A stretch of 64,000 bases of DNA from assembly GCF_050920415.1 (NCBI RefSeq), contig NZ_CP169309.1; one strand, 5' to 3'. The stretch comes from Escherichia coli (GTDB lineage: Bacteria > Pseudomonadota > Gammaproteobacteria > Enterobacterales > Enterobacteriaceae). A program made the translations under genes and the position numbers. Position 1 is the first letter of the stretch; each line of letters begins with the position of its first letter. The notes beneath the pieces were generated by a model that saw only the letters and a list, made by a program, of their open reading frames with translations, was not told where the DNA came from and did no database searches. Shown piece after piece: positions 50,148 through 64,000 of the stretch.

Positions 50148-51650
50148 TTATTCCACCGCCCACTGCGGATTTTTTGCCACTCTGCTGCAATAGTTCTGGT
50201 AAATCGCCATCGCTAACAGCGAGAAGAAGACAGGGCCGCCAATCATCCACAATGTGCTGTCCCAGTCTCCGGCTTCAACCACAGGTTGAATGATGGTGAA
50301 GACGTTCGCAAATGTCACCACCAGTACGACAACCACTGTCGCAATCATTGCCGACATATGTGTTTTGAAAATCACAAACGGTCTGTCGAGATCCTGACGT
50401 GCTTTAAAGAACGGGAAAGCCAGTGCAAGGAACAGGTAAGGAAGCGTCATAGACACGTTCGCCATCAGCGTTAGCTTGTTAAAGAATGCCGATGCGGTGC
50501 CACCACCAAACGAAACCAGCAGGATGAAGACAGTAACCAACCCGCACTGCATCCACATGGCGATAGACGGCATGCCCATCGCATTCAGCCGCGTCATCGG
50601 TTCCGGCCACAACGCTTTCGGCGTCCCCTGGATGATAGCTTTCAACGGTGAATAGCAAAGCGTAAAGAACGCGCCAGTGTAAGCGAGGAACATCGAAAGC
50701 CCGGTAATACGCGCAAACCATACACCCAGCGACAATGACGCTTCAGGTGACAAATGCAGTGCGTTACCCAGCGTCAACCCGAGGCTCTTCATCAGCACAT
50801 AGGTAATATTGCCAAGGTTAACGGAACCATTACTTAATACCTGCTGCCAGTTTGTGCTGACGCCCCATAAAAATATTGCCAGCGAATAACCGATTGAAAT
50901 AACAATAGCGGCAAAAACAATACCTTTGGCAAAGTTCTTTTCTGGATTTTCCGTTTTATCGACCAGACCACCAACCGCTTCAATTCCGCCATAGGCAAAA
51001 ATAGCAAATACCACAAACGATAGCATTGCCAGACCGGACTGATAACCTGGATTCGGTGATGTCAGGAAATTAATATCCTGCGCGAAATGCCCACCATTTA
51101 ATAACAAAATAGTAATGCTTACTAACAGCAATACTAAATTAAGACACATTACTGCAATACCGCCCACCGCAGTAATACGGGCAATTTTATTAATCCCTTT
51201 TGAAGCAACGACGGTGACCAGAATCATCCATGCCACTGCCAGCAGACCAACCACCTGCGTAGGTTCCAGTCCGGCAATACGCCAGTGCTGGGTCATGTCG
51301 CTACCGTAGAGAAATGTTGAGAACGGTACCCAAACTTTCGCGGAGGTGCTCACCATCCAGATGATATAAGAGGAAAACCACATAAACGTACCAATGAAGG
51401 CAAAACGTGGTCCGACACTATTATTCATCCAGGAATAGATACCGCCTTCTTCTTTGCGATACGCAGCGCCCATTTCAGCCATCATTAAGGCGAATGGAAT
51501 AAAGAATAACAATGCAGAAAATATATAAAAGGGAATCGCACTATAACCCATTAAGTAATAAGCCGATGGGCTATTGGCAAATCCAAATACAGAAGTAAAG
51601 ATCATCAATATGAGCCCTATCAGACTCATCTTTTTTATCGTGTGAGGCAT
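50148..51650 (-). CDS. yjeM: APC-family amino-acid transporter YjeM
   Basis: 500-aa polytopic membrane protein starting MPHTIKKMSLIGLILMIFTSVFGF... at the ATG at 51650. Confidence 0.93.
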   Translation of the reverse strand: MPHTIKKMSLIGLILMIFTSVFGFANSPSAYYLMGYSAIPFYIFSALLFFIPFALMMAEMGAAYRKEEGGIYSWMNNSVGPRFAFIGTFMWFSSYIIWMVSTSAKVWVPFSTFLYGSDMTQHWRIAGLEPTQVVGLLAVAWMILVTVVASKGINKIARITAVGGIAVMCLNLVLLLVSITILLLNGGHFAQDINFLTSPNPGYQSGLAMLSFVVFAIFAYGGIEAVGGLVDKTENPEKNFAKGIVFAAIVISIGYSLAIFLWGVSTNWQQVLSNGSVNLGNITYVLMKSLGLTLGNALHLSPEASLSLGVWFARITGLSMFLAYTGAFFTLCYSPLKAIIQGTPKALWPEPMTRLNAMGMPSIAMWMQCGLVTVFILLVSFGGGTASAFFNKLTLMANVSMTLPYLFLALAFPFFKARQDLDRPFVIFKTHMSAMIATVVVVLVVTFANVFTIIQPVVEAGDWDSTLWMIGGPVFFSLLAMAIYQNYCSRVAKNPQWAVE

Positions 51651-51869
51651 GAAACCATCCTTCATTTCAGCGCGTGTCTAAAACGCGCCCACTGAACTGC
51701 ACTACCCTATCATTGAGTGGGCAGCGTAAAAACCAATACAGAATTGATACCTGGATGATATCAAATATCCAGTCTTAAATTGTGGCCTTTAGCGGAAAAA
51801 TGAAAACATATGCTACAGAATGGCGCTCATCACGCCATTCTTCGCGGTTAATTCAGTAATTTTTCAGAA

Positions 51870-52847
51870 TTATGCCCGGTCAACGCTAAAGGCGATGACT
51901 TCAGCCAGTGTCTCCGCACCCAGCGCCAACATCACCAGACGATCAACGCCTAATGCCACGCCGGAACAGTCAGGCATACCGACTTTCAAGGCTTCAATAA
52001 GATTCTCGTCAATGGGGTGCTGCGGCAAACCGCGCGCCGCGCGCTTACGGTTATCTTGTTCAAAACGTTGTTGCTGCTCACGGGCATCCGTCAATTCATG
52101 GAAACCATTCGCCAGCTCAATACCTTTATAATAAACCTCAAAGCGTTCAGCGACCCGATGATCTTCGGTACTGATTTGCGCCAGTGATGCCTGGCTGGCC
52201 GGAAAGTGGTACACAAAGGTCGGTTTTTCTTTGCCAATATTTGGCTCTACGCCAAAGGTAAACAGCAGTTGTAGCAGCGTGTCGCGGTCTTCTTCGGTAT
52301 CGGCAACGTTGCTCAAATCCAGTTTCGCTGCCACTTCCCGCAGTTGCGTTTTGTCGGCAGAGAGCGGGTCAATTTCCAGATAACGCAAGAAAGCTTGTTG
52401 ATAAGAAAGACTTTCTGCTGCCGGGCAGTCCAGCACCTGTTGCAAGAGATCGTCCACCTCGTTCATCAACCGGTACATATCATAGTGCGGTCGATACCAC
52501 TCAAGCATAGTGAACTCAGGGTTGTGATAACGCCCCATCTCTTCATTACGGAAGCTGCGGCACAGCTGGAATACCGGCCCACAACCGGCAACCAGCAGGC
52601 GTTTCATGTGGTATTCCGGGCTGGTCATTAACCAGAGATTCATCCCCTGCGAATGCCCGGGGCCAACGAAACGCGTCTCAAACGGGACCAAATGAATATC
52701 GGTTACCGTCGCCTGGCTCATACAAGGCGTCTCCACCTCCAGCACTCCACGATCGGCAAAGAAACGACGGATCTCCGCCATAATCGCCGCGCGTTTTAAT
52801 AAGTTAGGAATGGATGCGCTCGGCTGCCAGGATGCCGTTTCGCTCAT
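51870..52847 (-). CDS. epmA: EF-P lysine-34 lysyltransferase EpmA (PoxA)
   Basis: 325-aa class-II LysRS-like product starting [41 protein letters not shown]... at the ATG at 52847. Confidence 0.94.
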   Translation of the reverse strand: MSETASWQPSASIPNLLKRAAIMAEIRRFFADRGVLEVETPCMSQATVTDIHLVPFETRFVGPGHSQGMNLWLMTSPEYHMKRLLVAGCGPVFQLCRSFRNEEMGRYHNPEFTMLEWYRPHYDMYRLMNEVDDLLQQVLDCPAAESLSYQQAFLRYLEIDPLSADKTQLREVAAKLDLSNVADTEEDRDTLLQLLFTFGVEPNIGKEKPTFVYHFPASQASLAQISTEDHRVAERFEVYYKGIELANGFHELTDAREQQQRFEQDNRKRAARGLPQHPIDENLIEALKVGMPDCSGVALGVDRLVMLALGAETLAEVIAFSVDRA

Positions 52848-53025
52848 AGTTAAATCTCCATTTTTTGACAAGGGCACGAAGTCTACTCGCAACGCGGCGG
52901 CAAGACAAATTTTACGCAGGTATCAATCAACGGTGGGCGGTGACTAAAAAAAGCACGATCTGATGGTTTAGTAATTAAATTAATCATCTTCAGTGATAAT
53001 TTAGCCCTCTTGCGCACTAAAAAAA

Positions 53026-53039
53026 TCGATCTCGTCAAA
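53026..53039 (+). promoter_or_regulatory. FNR binding site of the frdABCD promoter
   Basis: TCGATCTCGTCAAA matches the FNR consensus TTGAT-N4-ATCAA and is centred about 41 bp upstream of the predicted start site; a -10-like TATACT lies at 53061-53066. Confidence 0.7.
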
Positions 53040-53171
53040 TTTCAGACTTATCCATCAGACTATACTGTTGTACCTATAAAGGAGCAGTGGAATAGCGTTC
53101 GCAGACCGTAACTTTCAGGCACTTACCCTGAAGTACGGGGCTGTGGGATAAAAACAATCTGGAGGAATGTC

Positions 53172-54972
53172 GTGCAAACCTTTCAAGCCGATCTTGCCAT
53201 TGTAGGCGCCGGTGGCGCGGGATTACGTGCTGCAATTGCTGCCGCGCAGGCAAATCCAAATGCAAAAATCGCACTAATCTCAAAAGTATACCCTATGCGT
53301 AGCCATACCGTTGCTGCAGAAGGGGGCTCCGCCGCTGTCGCGCAGGATCATGACAGCTTCGAATATCACTTTCACGATACAGTAGCGGGTGGCGACTGGT
53401 TGTGTGAGCAGGATGTCGTGGATTATTTCGTCCACCACTGCCCAACCGAAATGACCCAACTGGAACTGTGGGGATGCCCATGGAGCCGTCGCCCGGATGG
53501 TAGCGTCAACGTACGTCGCTTCGGCGGCATGAAAATCGAGCGTACCTGGTTCGCCGCCGATAAGACCGGCTTCCATATGCTGCACACGCTGTTCCAGACC
53601 TCTCTGCAATTCCCGCAGATCCAGCGTTTTGACGAACATTTCGTGCTGGATATTCTGGTTGATGATGGTCATGTTCGCGGCCTGGTAGCAATGAACATGA
53701 TGGAAGGCACGCTGGTGCAGATCCGTGCTAACGCGGTCGTTATGGCTACCGGCGGTGCAGGTCGCGTTTATCGTTACAACACCAACGGCGGCATCGTTAC
53801 CGGTGACGGTATGGGTATGGCGCTAAGCCACGGCGTTCCGCTGCGTGACATGGAATTCGTTCAATATCACCCAACTGGTCTGCCAGGTTCCGGTATCCTG
53901 ATGACCGAAGGCTGCCGCGGTGAAGGCGGTATTCTGGTCAACAAAAATGGCTACCGTTATCTGCAAGATTACGGCATGGGTCCGGAAACTCCACTGGGCG
54001 AGCCGAAAAACAAATATATGGAACTGGGTCCACGCGACAAAGTTTCTCAGGCCTTCTGGCACGAATGGCGTAAAGGCAACACCATCTCCACACCGCGTGG
54101 CGATGTGGTTTATCTCGACCTGCGTCACCTCGGCGAGAAAAAACTGCATGAACGTCTGCCGTTCATCTGCGAACTGGCGAAAGCGTACGTTGGCGTCGAT
54201 CCGGTTAAAGAACCGATTCCAGTACGTCCGACCGCACACTACACCATGGGCGGTATCGAAACCGATCAGAACTGTGAAACCCGCATTAAAGGTCTGTTCG
54301 CCGTGGGTGAATGTTCCTCTGTTGGTCTGCACGGCGCAAACCGTCTGGGCTCCAACTCCCTGGCGGAACTGGTGGTCTTCGGTCGTCTGGCCGGTGAACA
54401 AGCGACAGAACGTGCAGCAACTGCCGGTAATGGCAACGAAGCGGCAATTGAAGCGCAGGCAGCTGGCGTTGAACAACGTCTGAAAGATCTGGTTAACCAG
54501 GATGGCGGCGAAAACTGGGCGAAGATCCGCGACGAAATGGGCCTGGCAATGGAAGAAGGTTGCGGTATCTACCGTACGCCGGAACTGATGCAGAAAACCA
54601 TCGACAAGCTGGCTGAGCTACAGGAACGCTTCAAGCGCGTGCGCATCACCGACACCTCCAGCGTGTTCAACACCGACCTGCTCTACACCATTGAACTGGG
54701 CCACGGTCTGAACGTTGCTGAATGTATGGCGCACTCTGCAATGGCACGTAAAGAGTCTCGCGGCGCGCACCAGCGCCTGGACGAAGGTTGCACCGAGCGT
54801 GACGACGTCAACTTCCTCAAACACACCCTCGCCTTCCGCGATGCTGATGGCACTACTCGCCTGGAGTACAGCGACGTGAAGATTACTACGCTGCCGCCAG
54901 CTAAACGCGTTTACGGTGGCGAAGCGGATGCAGCCGATAAGGCGGAAGCAGCCAATAAGAAGGAGAAGGCGA

Positions 54973-54980
<8 letters not shown>
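53172..54980 (+). CDS. frdA: fumarate reductase flavoprotein subunit
   Basis: 602-aa product (GTG start, GGAGGA RBS) [29 protein letters not shown]... Confidence 0.97.
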
Positions 54981-56113
<1,133 letters not shown>

Positions 56114-56123
56114 GGAGCCTGAG

Positions 56124-57679
<1,556 letters not shown>

Positions 57680-57690
57680 AATTTCATCGG

Positions 57691-57713
57691 GTCCGAATTT
57701 TCGGACATTTTTC
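57691..57713 (+). terminator. rho-independent terminator of ampC
   Basis: Stem GTCCGA/TCGGAC with a 4-nt loop (57691-57706), followed by ATTTTT. Confidence 0.75.
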
Positions 57714-57768
57714 TCCGCTTTTCCTTGCTGTCATCTACACTTAGAAAAAAACCAGTAAGGAAACATTT

Positions 57769-58302
57769 ATGCGCCTGCTCCCTCTCGTTGCCGCAGCGAC
57801 AGCTGCATTCCTGGTCGTTGCCTGCAGTTCTCCTACGCCGCCGCGTGGCGTGACAGTAGTGAATAATTTCGACGCCAAACGTTATCTCGGTACCTGGTAT
57901 GAGATTGCCCGTTTTGATCACCGCTTTGAACGTGGACTGGAAAAAGTCACCGCAACATACAGTCTGCGGGATGATGGCGGCCTGAATGTCATTAATAAAG
58001 GCTATAATCCTGACAGAGAAATGTGGCAGCAGAGTGAAGGGAAAGCGTACTTTACCGGCGCACCAACTCGCGCTGCGCTGAAAGTGTCATTCTTTGGTCC
58101 TTTCTATGGCGGTTATAACGTTATTGCACTCGATCGGGAATACCGCCATGCGCTGGTTTGCGGCCCGGACCGCGACTACCTGTGGATACTCTCCCGCACG
58201 CCAACCATTTCTGACGAAGTGAAACAGGAAATGCTGGCAGTCGCGACCCGGGAAGGGTTTGATGTCAGTAAGTTTATTTGGGTACAGCAGCCCGGTAGTT
58301 AG
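57769..58302 (+). CDS. blc: outer-membrane lipocalin Blc
   Basis: 177-aa ORF with lipoprotein signal peptide (LVVACSS lipobox) [35 protein letters not shown]... Confidence 0.95.
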   Translation: MRLLPLVAAATAAFLVVACSSPTPPRGVTVVNNFDAKRYLGTWYEIARFDHRFERGLEKVTATYSLRDDGGLNVINKGYNPDREMWQQSEGKAYFTGAPTRAALKVSFFGPFYGGYNVIALDREYRHALVCGPDRDYLWILSRTPTISDEVKQEMLAVATREGFDVSKFIWVQQPGS

Positions 58303-58616
58303 TGAGTGCTGAGTTTCAGACCAATAATCCCCAATACGATTAACGCCAGGCTCGCCAGGCGCATCGGGTTAGCGGACTCACCGAGCAGCACAATACCGGT
58401 GATGGCCGCGCCGACTGCGCCAATACCCGTCCACACGGCATAAGCTGTCCCTACTGGTAACGATTTCATCGCCCAGGCAAGTAGCGCCATACTGACAATC
58501 ATCGCCGTCACGGTAATAACACTTGGCGTCAAACGACTAAAGCCGTGGGTATATTTCAGGCCAACGGCCCATACCACTTCCAGCAGGCCAGCAATAACTA
58601 AGATAATCCAGGACAT
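58299..58616 (-). CDS. gdx: SMR-family guanidinium exporter Gdx (SugE)
   Basis: 105-aa product starting [26 protein letters not shown]... at the ATG at 58616 (GGAG RBS); convergent 4-nt overlap with blc. The ORF-track N-terminal extension is actually the riboswitch leader. Confidence 0.94.
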   Translation of the reverse strand: MSWIILVIAGLLEVVWAVGLKYTHGFSRLTPSVITVTAMIVSMALLAWAMKSLPVGTAYAVWTGIGAVGAAITGIVLLGESANPMRLASLALIVLGIIGLKLSTH

Positions 58617-58634
58617 ATCAGGCTCCGGAGAATT

Positions 58635-58677
58635 GGGGCCGTCCCCGGTGAAAAGAGGCGTTTGCAGGTCGTCCTGC
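58635..58677 (-). promoter_or_regulatory. guanidine-II riboswitch (mini-ykkC motif) in the gdx leader
   Basis: Two tandem hairpins with ACGR loops on the minus-strand RNA: GCAGG-ACGA-CCUGC (58664-58677) and GGGG-ACGG-CCCC (58635-58646), separated by 17 nt and sitting just upstream of the gdx RBS. Confidence 0.8.
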
Positions 58678-58748
58678 AAAGCTGATGGTTGAACGGGTAT
58701 TTTGCCAGGTGGCAGGGGAATTTCAACTATTACCTTAGTGACTATCGC

Positions 58749-58783
58749 AAAAAAACAAACGGCACGACACAGCTGTCGTACCG
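58749..58783 (-). terminator. rho-independent terminator downstream of ecnB
   Basis: Stem CGGCACGACA/TGTCGTACCG with one mismatch (58760-58769 and 58774-58783), followed on the minus strand by a U-run (plus-strand A-run 58749-58756). Confidence 0.7.
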
Positions 58784-58790
58784 TTATTGC

Positions 58791-58937
58791 TTATTGCTGT
58801 GCTTTTGTTGCTGCACCAGAAATCGCGTTACCGCCATCAGAGATATCTTCACCAACGCCACGCGTGGTGTTGCAGGCAGTTAATACTGTTGAAAGCACCA
58901 GAACAGAAAAGATCGCTGCAATTGTCTTCTTCACCAT
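58791..58937 (-). CDS. ecnB: entericidin B (bacteriolytic small lipoprotein)
   Basis: Hand-translated 48-aa [51 protein letters not shown] with lipobox LTAC; absent from the ORF track (shorter than its cutoff). Confidence 0.9.
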
Positions 58938-59047
58938 AACGTCTTCCTTTTAGGTAATGTTATTTATGTTTGCCTATAGCAAATTAATAATAGACAACAT
59001 CGCCAAAAATGATGGAAATCTGATGATTTTTCGGAAGAGAAGAAAAA

Positions 59048-59173
59048 TTAGCTGGCAGCGCGGGAGATGGAGTTGCCGAGATGTTTGATATCTTCGCCGA
59101 AACCGCGAGCGGTGTTACAGCCCGTGAGCAGCGTGCTGGCAAGCAAAACAAGAACGATAAGGCGTTTCATCAT
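59048..59173 (-). CDS. ecnA: entericidin A (antidote small lipoprotein)
   Basis: Hand-translated 41-aa [44 protein letters not shown] with lipobox LTGC; absent from the ORF track. Confidence 0.9.
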   Translation of the reverse strand: MMKRLIVLVLLASTLLTGCNTARGFGEDIKHLGNSISRAAS

Positions 59174-59228
59174 CTCTGACCAGAATAAGTGAGTGATGGT
59201 GCAGCCAACAGGCCGCACCAAAACCGCA

Positions 59229-59795
59229 TTACTTCACGCGAGAGACGTATTCACCAGAGCGGGTATCCACTTTGATGACTTCGCCGATCTGCACGAACAG
59301 CGGAACTTTAACCACAGCGCCAGTAGACAGGGTAGCCGGTTTGCCGCCAGTACCTGCGGTATCCCCTTTCAGGCCTGGATCGGTATCAACGATTTCCAGT
59401 TCAACAAAGTTCGGCGGAGTAACGGAGATCGGCTGACCATTCCACAGAGTTACGATACACTCTGCCTGATCCAGCAACCATTTAGCGTTGTCGCCAATTG
59501 CTTTTGCATCAGCAGACAGTTGCTCGAAAGTTTCGTTGTTCATGAAGTGCCAGAACTCACCGTCGTTGTACAGGTAAGTCAGGTTCATATCGACAACATC
59601 AGCGCCTTCAGCGGAATCAGTAGATTTGAAGGTTTTTTCTACGCGAGTACCGGTCAGCAGACGACGCAGTTTAACGCGAGCAAATGCCTGGCCTTTACCC
59701 GGTTTTACGAATTCACTCGCTTCAACCGCGTAAGGTTCGCCGTCTAACATGATTTTAAGACCAGCACGAAAATCGTTGCTATAGTACGTTGCCAT
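59229..59795 (-). CDS. efp: elongation factor P
   Basis: 188-aa translation [46 protein letters not shown]... (Lys34 modification site in KPGKGQA). Confidence 0.97.
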
Positions 59796-59836
59796 AAGGC
59801 CCTCTGAAATTTGTTAATTGGTAGCTAAGCCACAAA

Positions 59837-60865
59837 ATGGCGCATATTGTAACCCTAAATACCCCATCCAGAGAAGATTGGTTAACGCAACTTGCCGATG
59901 TTGTGACCGATCCTGATGAACTTCTGCGTCTTTTGAATATAGACGCGGACGAAAAACTGTTGGCCGGACGCAGCGCCAAAAAGCTGTTTGCCCTGCGTGT
60001 TCCCCGCTCATTTATCGATCGCATGGAGAAAGGCAATCCGGACGATCCACTTTTGCGTCAGGTACTTACCTCGCAAGATGAGTTTGTCGTCGCGCCCGGA
60101 TTCTCCACCGACCCGCTGGAAGAACAGCACAGCGTAGTGCCTGGTTTGTTGCATAAATACCACAACCGGGCGCTATTGCTGGTCAAAGGCGGCTGTGCGG
60201 TAAATTGCCGTTATTGCTTTCGTCGCCATTTCCCGTATGCCGAAAATCAGGGCAACAAGCGAAACTGGCAGACGGCACTTGAGTATGTTGCAGCGCATCC
60301 GGAACTGGACGAGATGATTTTCTCCGGCGGCGATCCGCTGATGGCGAAAGATCACGAGCTGGACTGGTTGCTCACACAACTGGAAGCCATCCCGCATATC
60401 AAACGTCTGCGGATTCACAGCCGTCTGCCGATTGTGATCCCGGCACGCATCACAGATGCGCTGGTCGAACGCTTTTCACATTCTACGCTGCAAATCTTGC
60501 TGGTGAATCACATCAACCATGCCAATGAGGTAGATGAAACATTCCGCCAGGCGATGGCTAAGTTGCGCCGGGTAGGCGTTACTTTGCTGAACCAGAGCGT
60601 TCTGTTACGTGGTGTGAACGATAACGCACAAACGCTGGCAAACCTGAGTAATGCGTTGTTCGATGCGGGCGTGATGCCGTATTACCTGCATGTGCTCGAT
60701 AAAGTACAGGGCGCGGCGCATTTTATGGTGAGTGATGACGAAGCACGGCAGATTATGCGTGAGCTGCTGACGCTGGTATCTGGATATATGGTGCCGAAAC
60801 TGGCGCGCGAGATTGGCGGCGAACCCAGCAAAACGCCGCTGGATCTCCAGCTACCCCAGCAGTAA
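59837..60865 (+). CDS. epmB: EF-P beta-lysylation enzyme EpmB (lysine 2,3-aminomutase-like radical SAM protein)
   Basis: 342-aa translation with radical-SAM CxxxCxxC motif (CAVNCRYCFRRH); divergent from efp. Confidence 0.95.
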   Translation: MAHIVTLNTPSREDWLTQLADVVTDPDELLRLLNIDADEKLLAGRSAKKLFALRVPRSFIDRMEKGNPDDPLLRQVLTSQDEFVVAPGFSTDPLEEQHSVVPGLLHKYHNRALLLVKGGCAVNCRYCFRRHFPYAENQGNKRNWQTALEYVAAHPELDEMIFSGGDPLMAKDHELDWLLTQLEAIPHIKRLRIHSRLPIVIPARITDALVERFSHSTLQILLVNHINHANEVDETFRQAMAKLRRVGVTLLNQSVLLRGVNDNAQTLANLSNALFDAGVMPYYLHVLDKVQGAAHFMVSDDEARQIMRELLTLVSGYMVPKLAREIGGEPSKTPLDLQLPQQ

Positions 60866-61099
60866 CTGATTAAACAGGGAAGTTTAATCTTTGCACGTTG
60901 CATAACCTTTAATTATTCATATACATTGCTGTTATTACTTTTTATATAACCAACACCAATAATTAACCTTTCTTTTCTGTTTATATAGAGTGAGCACGGC
61001 TATTTATGTTATTTTAACAACTATTACTACCAAGCCCATTTATCTGGCTTATAAATTAAAATTAATTATTTAATTGAGAAATGGTTAGGGAGAACCTAC

Positions 61100-61969
61100 A
61101 TGGCCATAAGCATCAAGGGTGTTAATACCGGTGTTATTCGCAAGAGTAATAATTTCATTGCACTGGCGCTGAAAATTAAAGAGCCTCGCAATAAAGAATC
61201 GTTGTTCTTTCTGTCTGTCATGGAACTGCGCGACCTGCTGATTGCGCTGGAAAGCCGTCTGCATCAAAAGCATAAACTGGATGCTGCAGCACGCCTTCAG
61301 TATGAGCAAGCTCGCGATAAAGTCATTAAGAAAATGGCAGAAAATATCCCAGAAATTCTGGTTGATGAGCTTAAAAATGCCGATATTAATCGTCGAGTTA
61401 ACACGCTGGAACTTACCGATAATCAGGGTGAAAATCTTACCTTCGTATTAACGCTACATGACGGTAGCAAATGTGAGTTAGTCATCAATGAGTTGCAGAT
61501 TGAAATGCTGGCGCGAGCAATCATTCATGCAATTAATAATGCGGAAATGCGTGAACTGGCATTACGTATTACCTCACTGTTAGATTTCCTGCCGTTATAC
61601 GACGTTGACTGCCAGGACAATGGCAATCTGGAATATGACACCTATTCCCAACCAGAATGGAAACATAACTTGTTCAACCATTATCTGGCAGTGCTTTATC
61701 GCTTTAAAGATGAAAATGGCAAAGAGCAATTTAGCGGCGCGGTGGTGAAAACGCGTGAAGCAACGCCGGGTAAAGAAGTGGAGGCGATCACTCGCCGAAT
61801 GCTTGATTTCAGCCCTAGACTGAAAAAACTCGCGGGTGTGCCATGTCAGGTCTATGTTCGCACCGTAGCGGCAAATAACACCCAACCGCTAACCCAGGAT
61901 CAATGCTTACGCGCGCTGCATCACTTACGTGTTCAGTCCATCAGCAAAAGTGCACCACAAGCGAAATAA
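61100..61969 (+). CDS. yjeJ: uncharacterized protein YjeJ
   Basis: 289-aa ORF MAISIKGVNTGVIRKSNNFIALALKIKEPRNKESLFF...; AT-rich gene preceded by a very AT-rich 234-bp intergenic region. Confidence 0.88.
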   Translation: MAISIKGVNTGVIRKSNNFIALALKIKEPRNKESLFFLSVMELRDLLIALESRLHQKHKLDAAARLQYEQARDKVIKKMAENIPEILVDELKNADINRRVNTLELTDNQGENLTFVLTLHDGSKCELVINELQIEMLARAIIHAINNAEMRELALRITSLLDFLPLYDVDCQDNGNLEYDTYSQPEWKHNLFNHYLAVLYRFKDENGKEQFSGAVVKTREATPGKEVEAITRRMLDFSPRLKKLAGVPCQVYVRTVAANNTQPLTQDQCLRALHHLRVQSISKSAPQAK

Positions 61970-62018
61970 TCTCATCTTTGCTAATGCGAGGCTGGAGTCA
62001 TCCAGCCTCTGAATCACA

Positions 62019-62372
62019 TCAATTCGGGCACTTATATACCTGGCCGATAATCTGGCTATCCGTCGGGACAAAACTGGACAACATTCCCTGCGACGGGCTG
62101 CTGATACCATAAATCACGTTACCACCCATTGCCGCTGCCTGGTTGCGCAGATCGTTTGCCGCACCACGCATAGAACCGCCTTCTTCACCGTGTTGCCCGG
62201 AAAGCCAGTTACTTTGCTTACCTGTCGCAGTACCAATCAACTGGCACTCTGCGCCTGGCTGCTCGTCCACAATGCGTACACTCTGACCGGCAGCACTCAA
62301 TTCGTTGCTGGAGCTACAACCCGCCATCAGTAGCGCGGCACCGACAATCCCTGCTAAGTATTTTACGTGCAT
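62019..62372 (-). CDS. yjeI: lipoprotein YjeI (DUF4156)
   Basis: 117-aa product starting MHVKYLAGIVGAALLMAGCSSSN... (lipobox LMAGC) at the ATG at 62372. Confidence 0.9.
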   Translation of the reverse strand: MHVKYLAGIVGAALLMAGCSSSNELSAAGQSVRIVDEQPGAECQLIGTATGKQSNWLSGQHGEEGGSMRGAANDLRNQAAAMGGNVIYGISSPSQGMLSSFVPTDSQIIGQVYKCPN

Positions 62373-62446
62373 GTTATTCCCCATAATCAATGAGCTGGAC
62401 GCCACTCGCGTCGTCCGTGTCTGAATCTTATACTAGAAAGATGACC

Positions 62447-62480
62447 AAAAGAAAAACCCCCAGACATTTCTGCCCGGGGG
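62447..62480 (-). terminator. rho-independent terminator of the groES-groEL operon
   Basis: GC-rich hairpin (CCCCCAG ... CTG-CCC-GGGGG, 62457-62480) followed on the minus strand by a U-rich tract (plus-strand AAAAGAAAAA, 62447-62456), directly after the groL stop codon. Confidence 0.75.
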
Positions 62481-62509
62481 TTTGTTTATTTCTGCGAGGT
62501 GCAGGGCAA

Positions 62510-64000
<1,491 letters not shown>

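Noticed and set aside
51819-51842. 7-8-bp hairpin (GAATGGCG ... CGCCATTC) downstream of epmA
   Set aside because: No adjacent U-run on the relevant strand; could be a weak terminator, but the evidence is insufficient.
53823-54476. 217-aa minus-strand ORF inside frdA
   Set aside because: Antisense to the well-supported frdA coding sequence; no independent support.
59174-59228. Possible efp terminator hairpin (GGTGCAGCC ... GGCCGCACC)
   Set aside because: The stem is imperfect and there is no U-tract after it on the efp strand; not supportable as an intrinsic terminator.

Overview
This window reads as an Escherichia coli-type chromosome segment matching the K-12 groEL-to-rplI region (about 94-95 min), in reverse orientation. 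From 8.2 kb to the right edge it contains about 70 recognisable core genes in the order I remember for K-12 (rplI-rpsR-priB-rpsF, the ula operon, aidB, the yjfI-yjfC cluster, rlmB-rnr-nsrR, purA, hflCKX-hfq-miaA-mutL-amiB-tsaE-nnr, queG, tRNA-Gly, orn, rsgA-psd-mscM, yjeM, epmA, frdABCD, ampC, blc, gdx, ecnBA, efp, epmB, yjeJ, yjeI, partial groL). Protein lengths agree with the K-12 products throughout. Three things depart from that layout. (1) A 356-aa gene for a K+-channel-like protein sits between yjfJ (PspA-like) and yjfK, with its start and stop codons overlapping both neighbours; this is the strongest candidate for something undescribed. (2) The first 8.1 kb, where I expect yjfZ beyond rplI in K-12, is instead a seven-gene plus-strand operon: TIM-barrel isomerase, crotonase, CoA-transferase, a 693-aa FRD/SDH-like flavoprotein, and a TRAP transporter in QMP order; it has no obvious named counterpart and may continue upstream of the window. 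(3) There are two tandem tRNA-Gly(GCC) genes where I recall three in K-12. Features missing from the ORF track that I could place by hand are ecnA and ecnB, a guanidine-II (mini-ykkC) riboswitch upstream of gdx, the frd FNR site, the ampC promoter and attenuator, and several terminators and REP elements. I found no integrase, transposase, IS element, prophage gene or CRISPR array. All homology calls rest on reading the translations and on memory of E. coli gene order; nothing was searched against a database.
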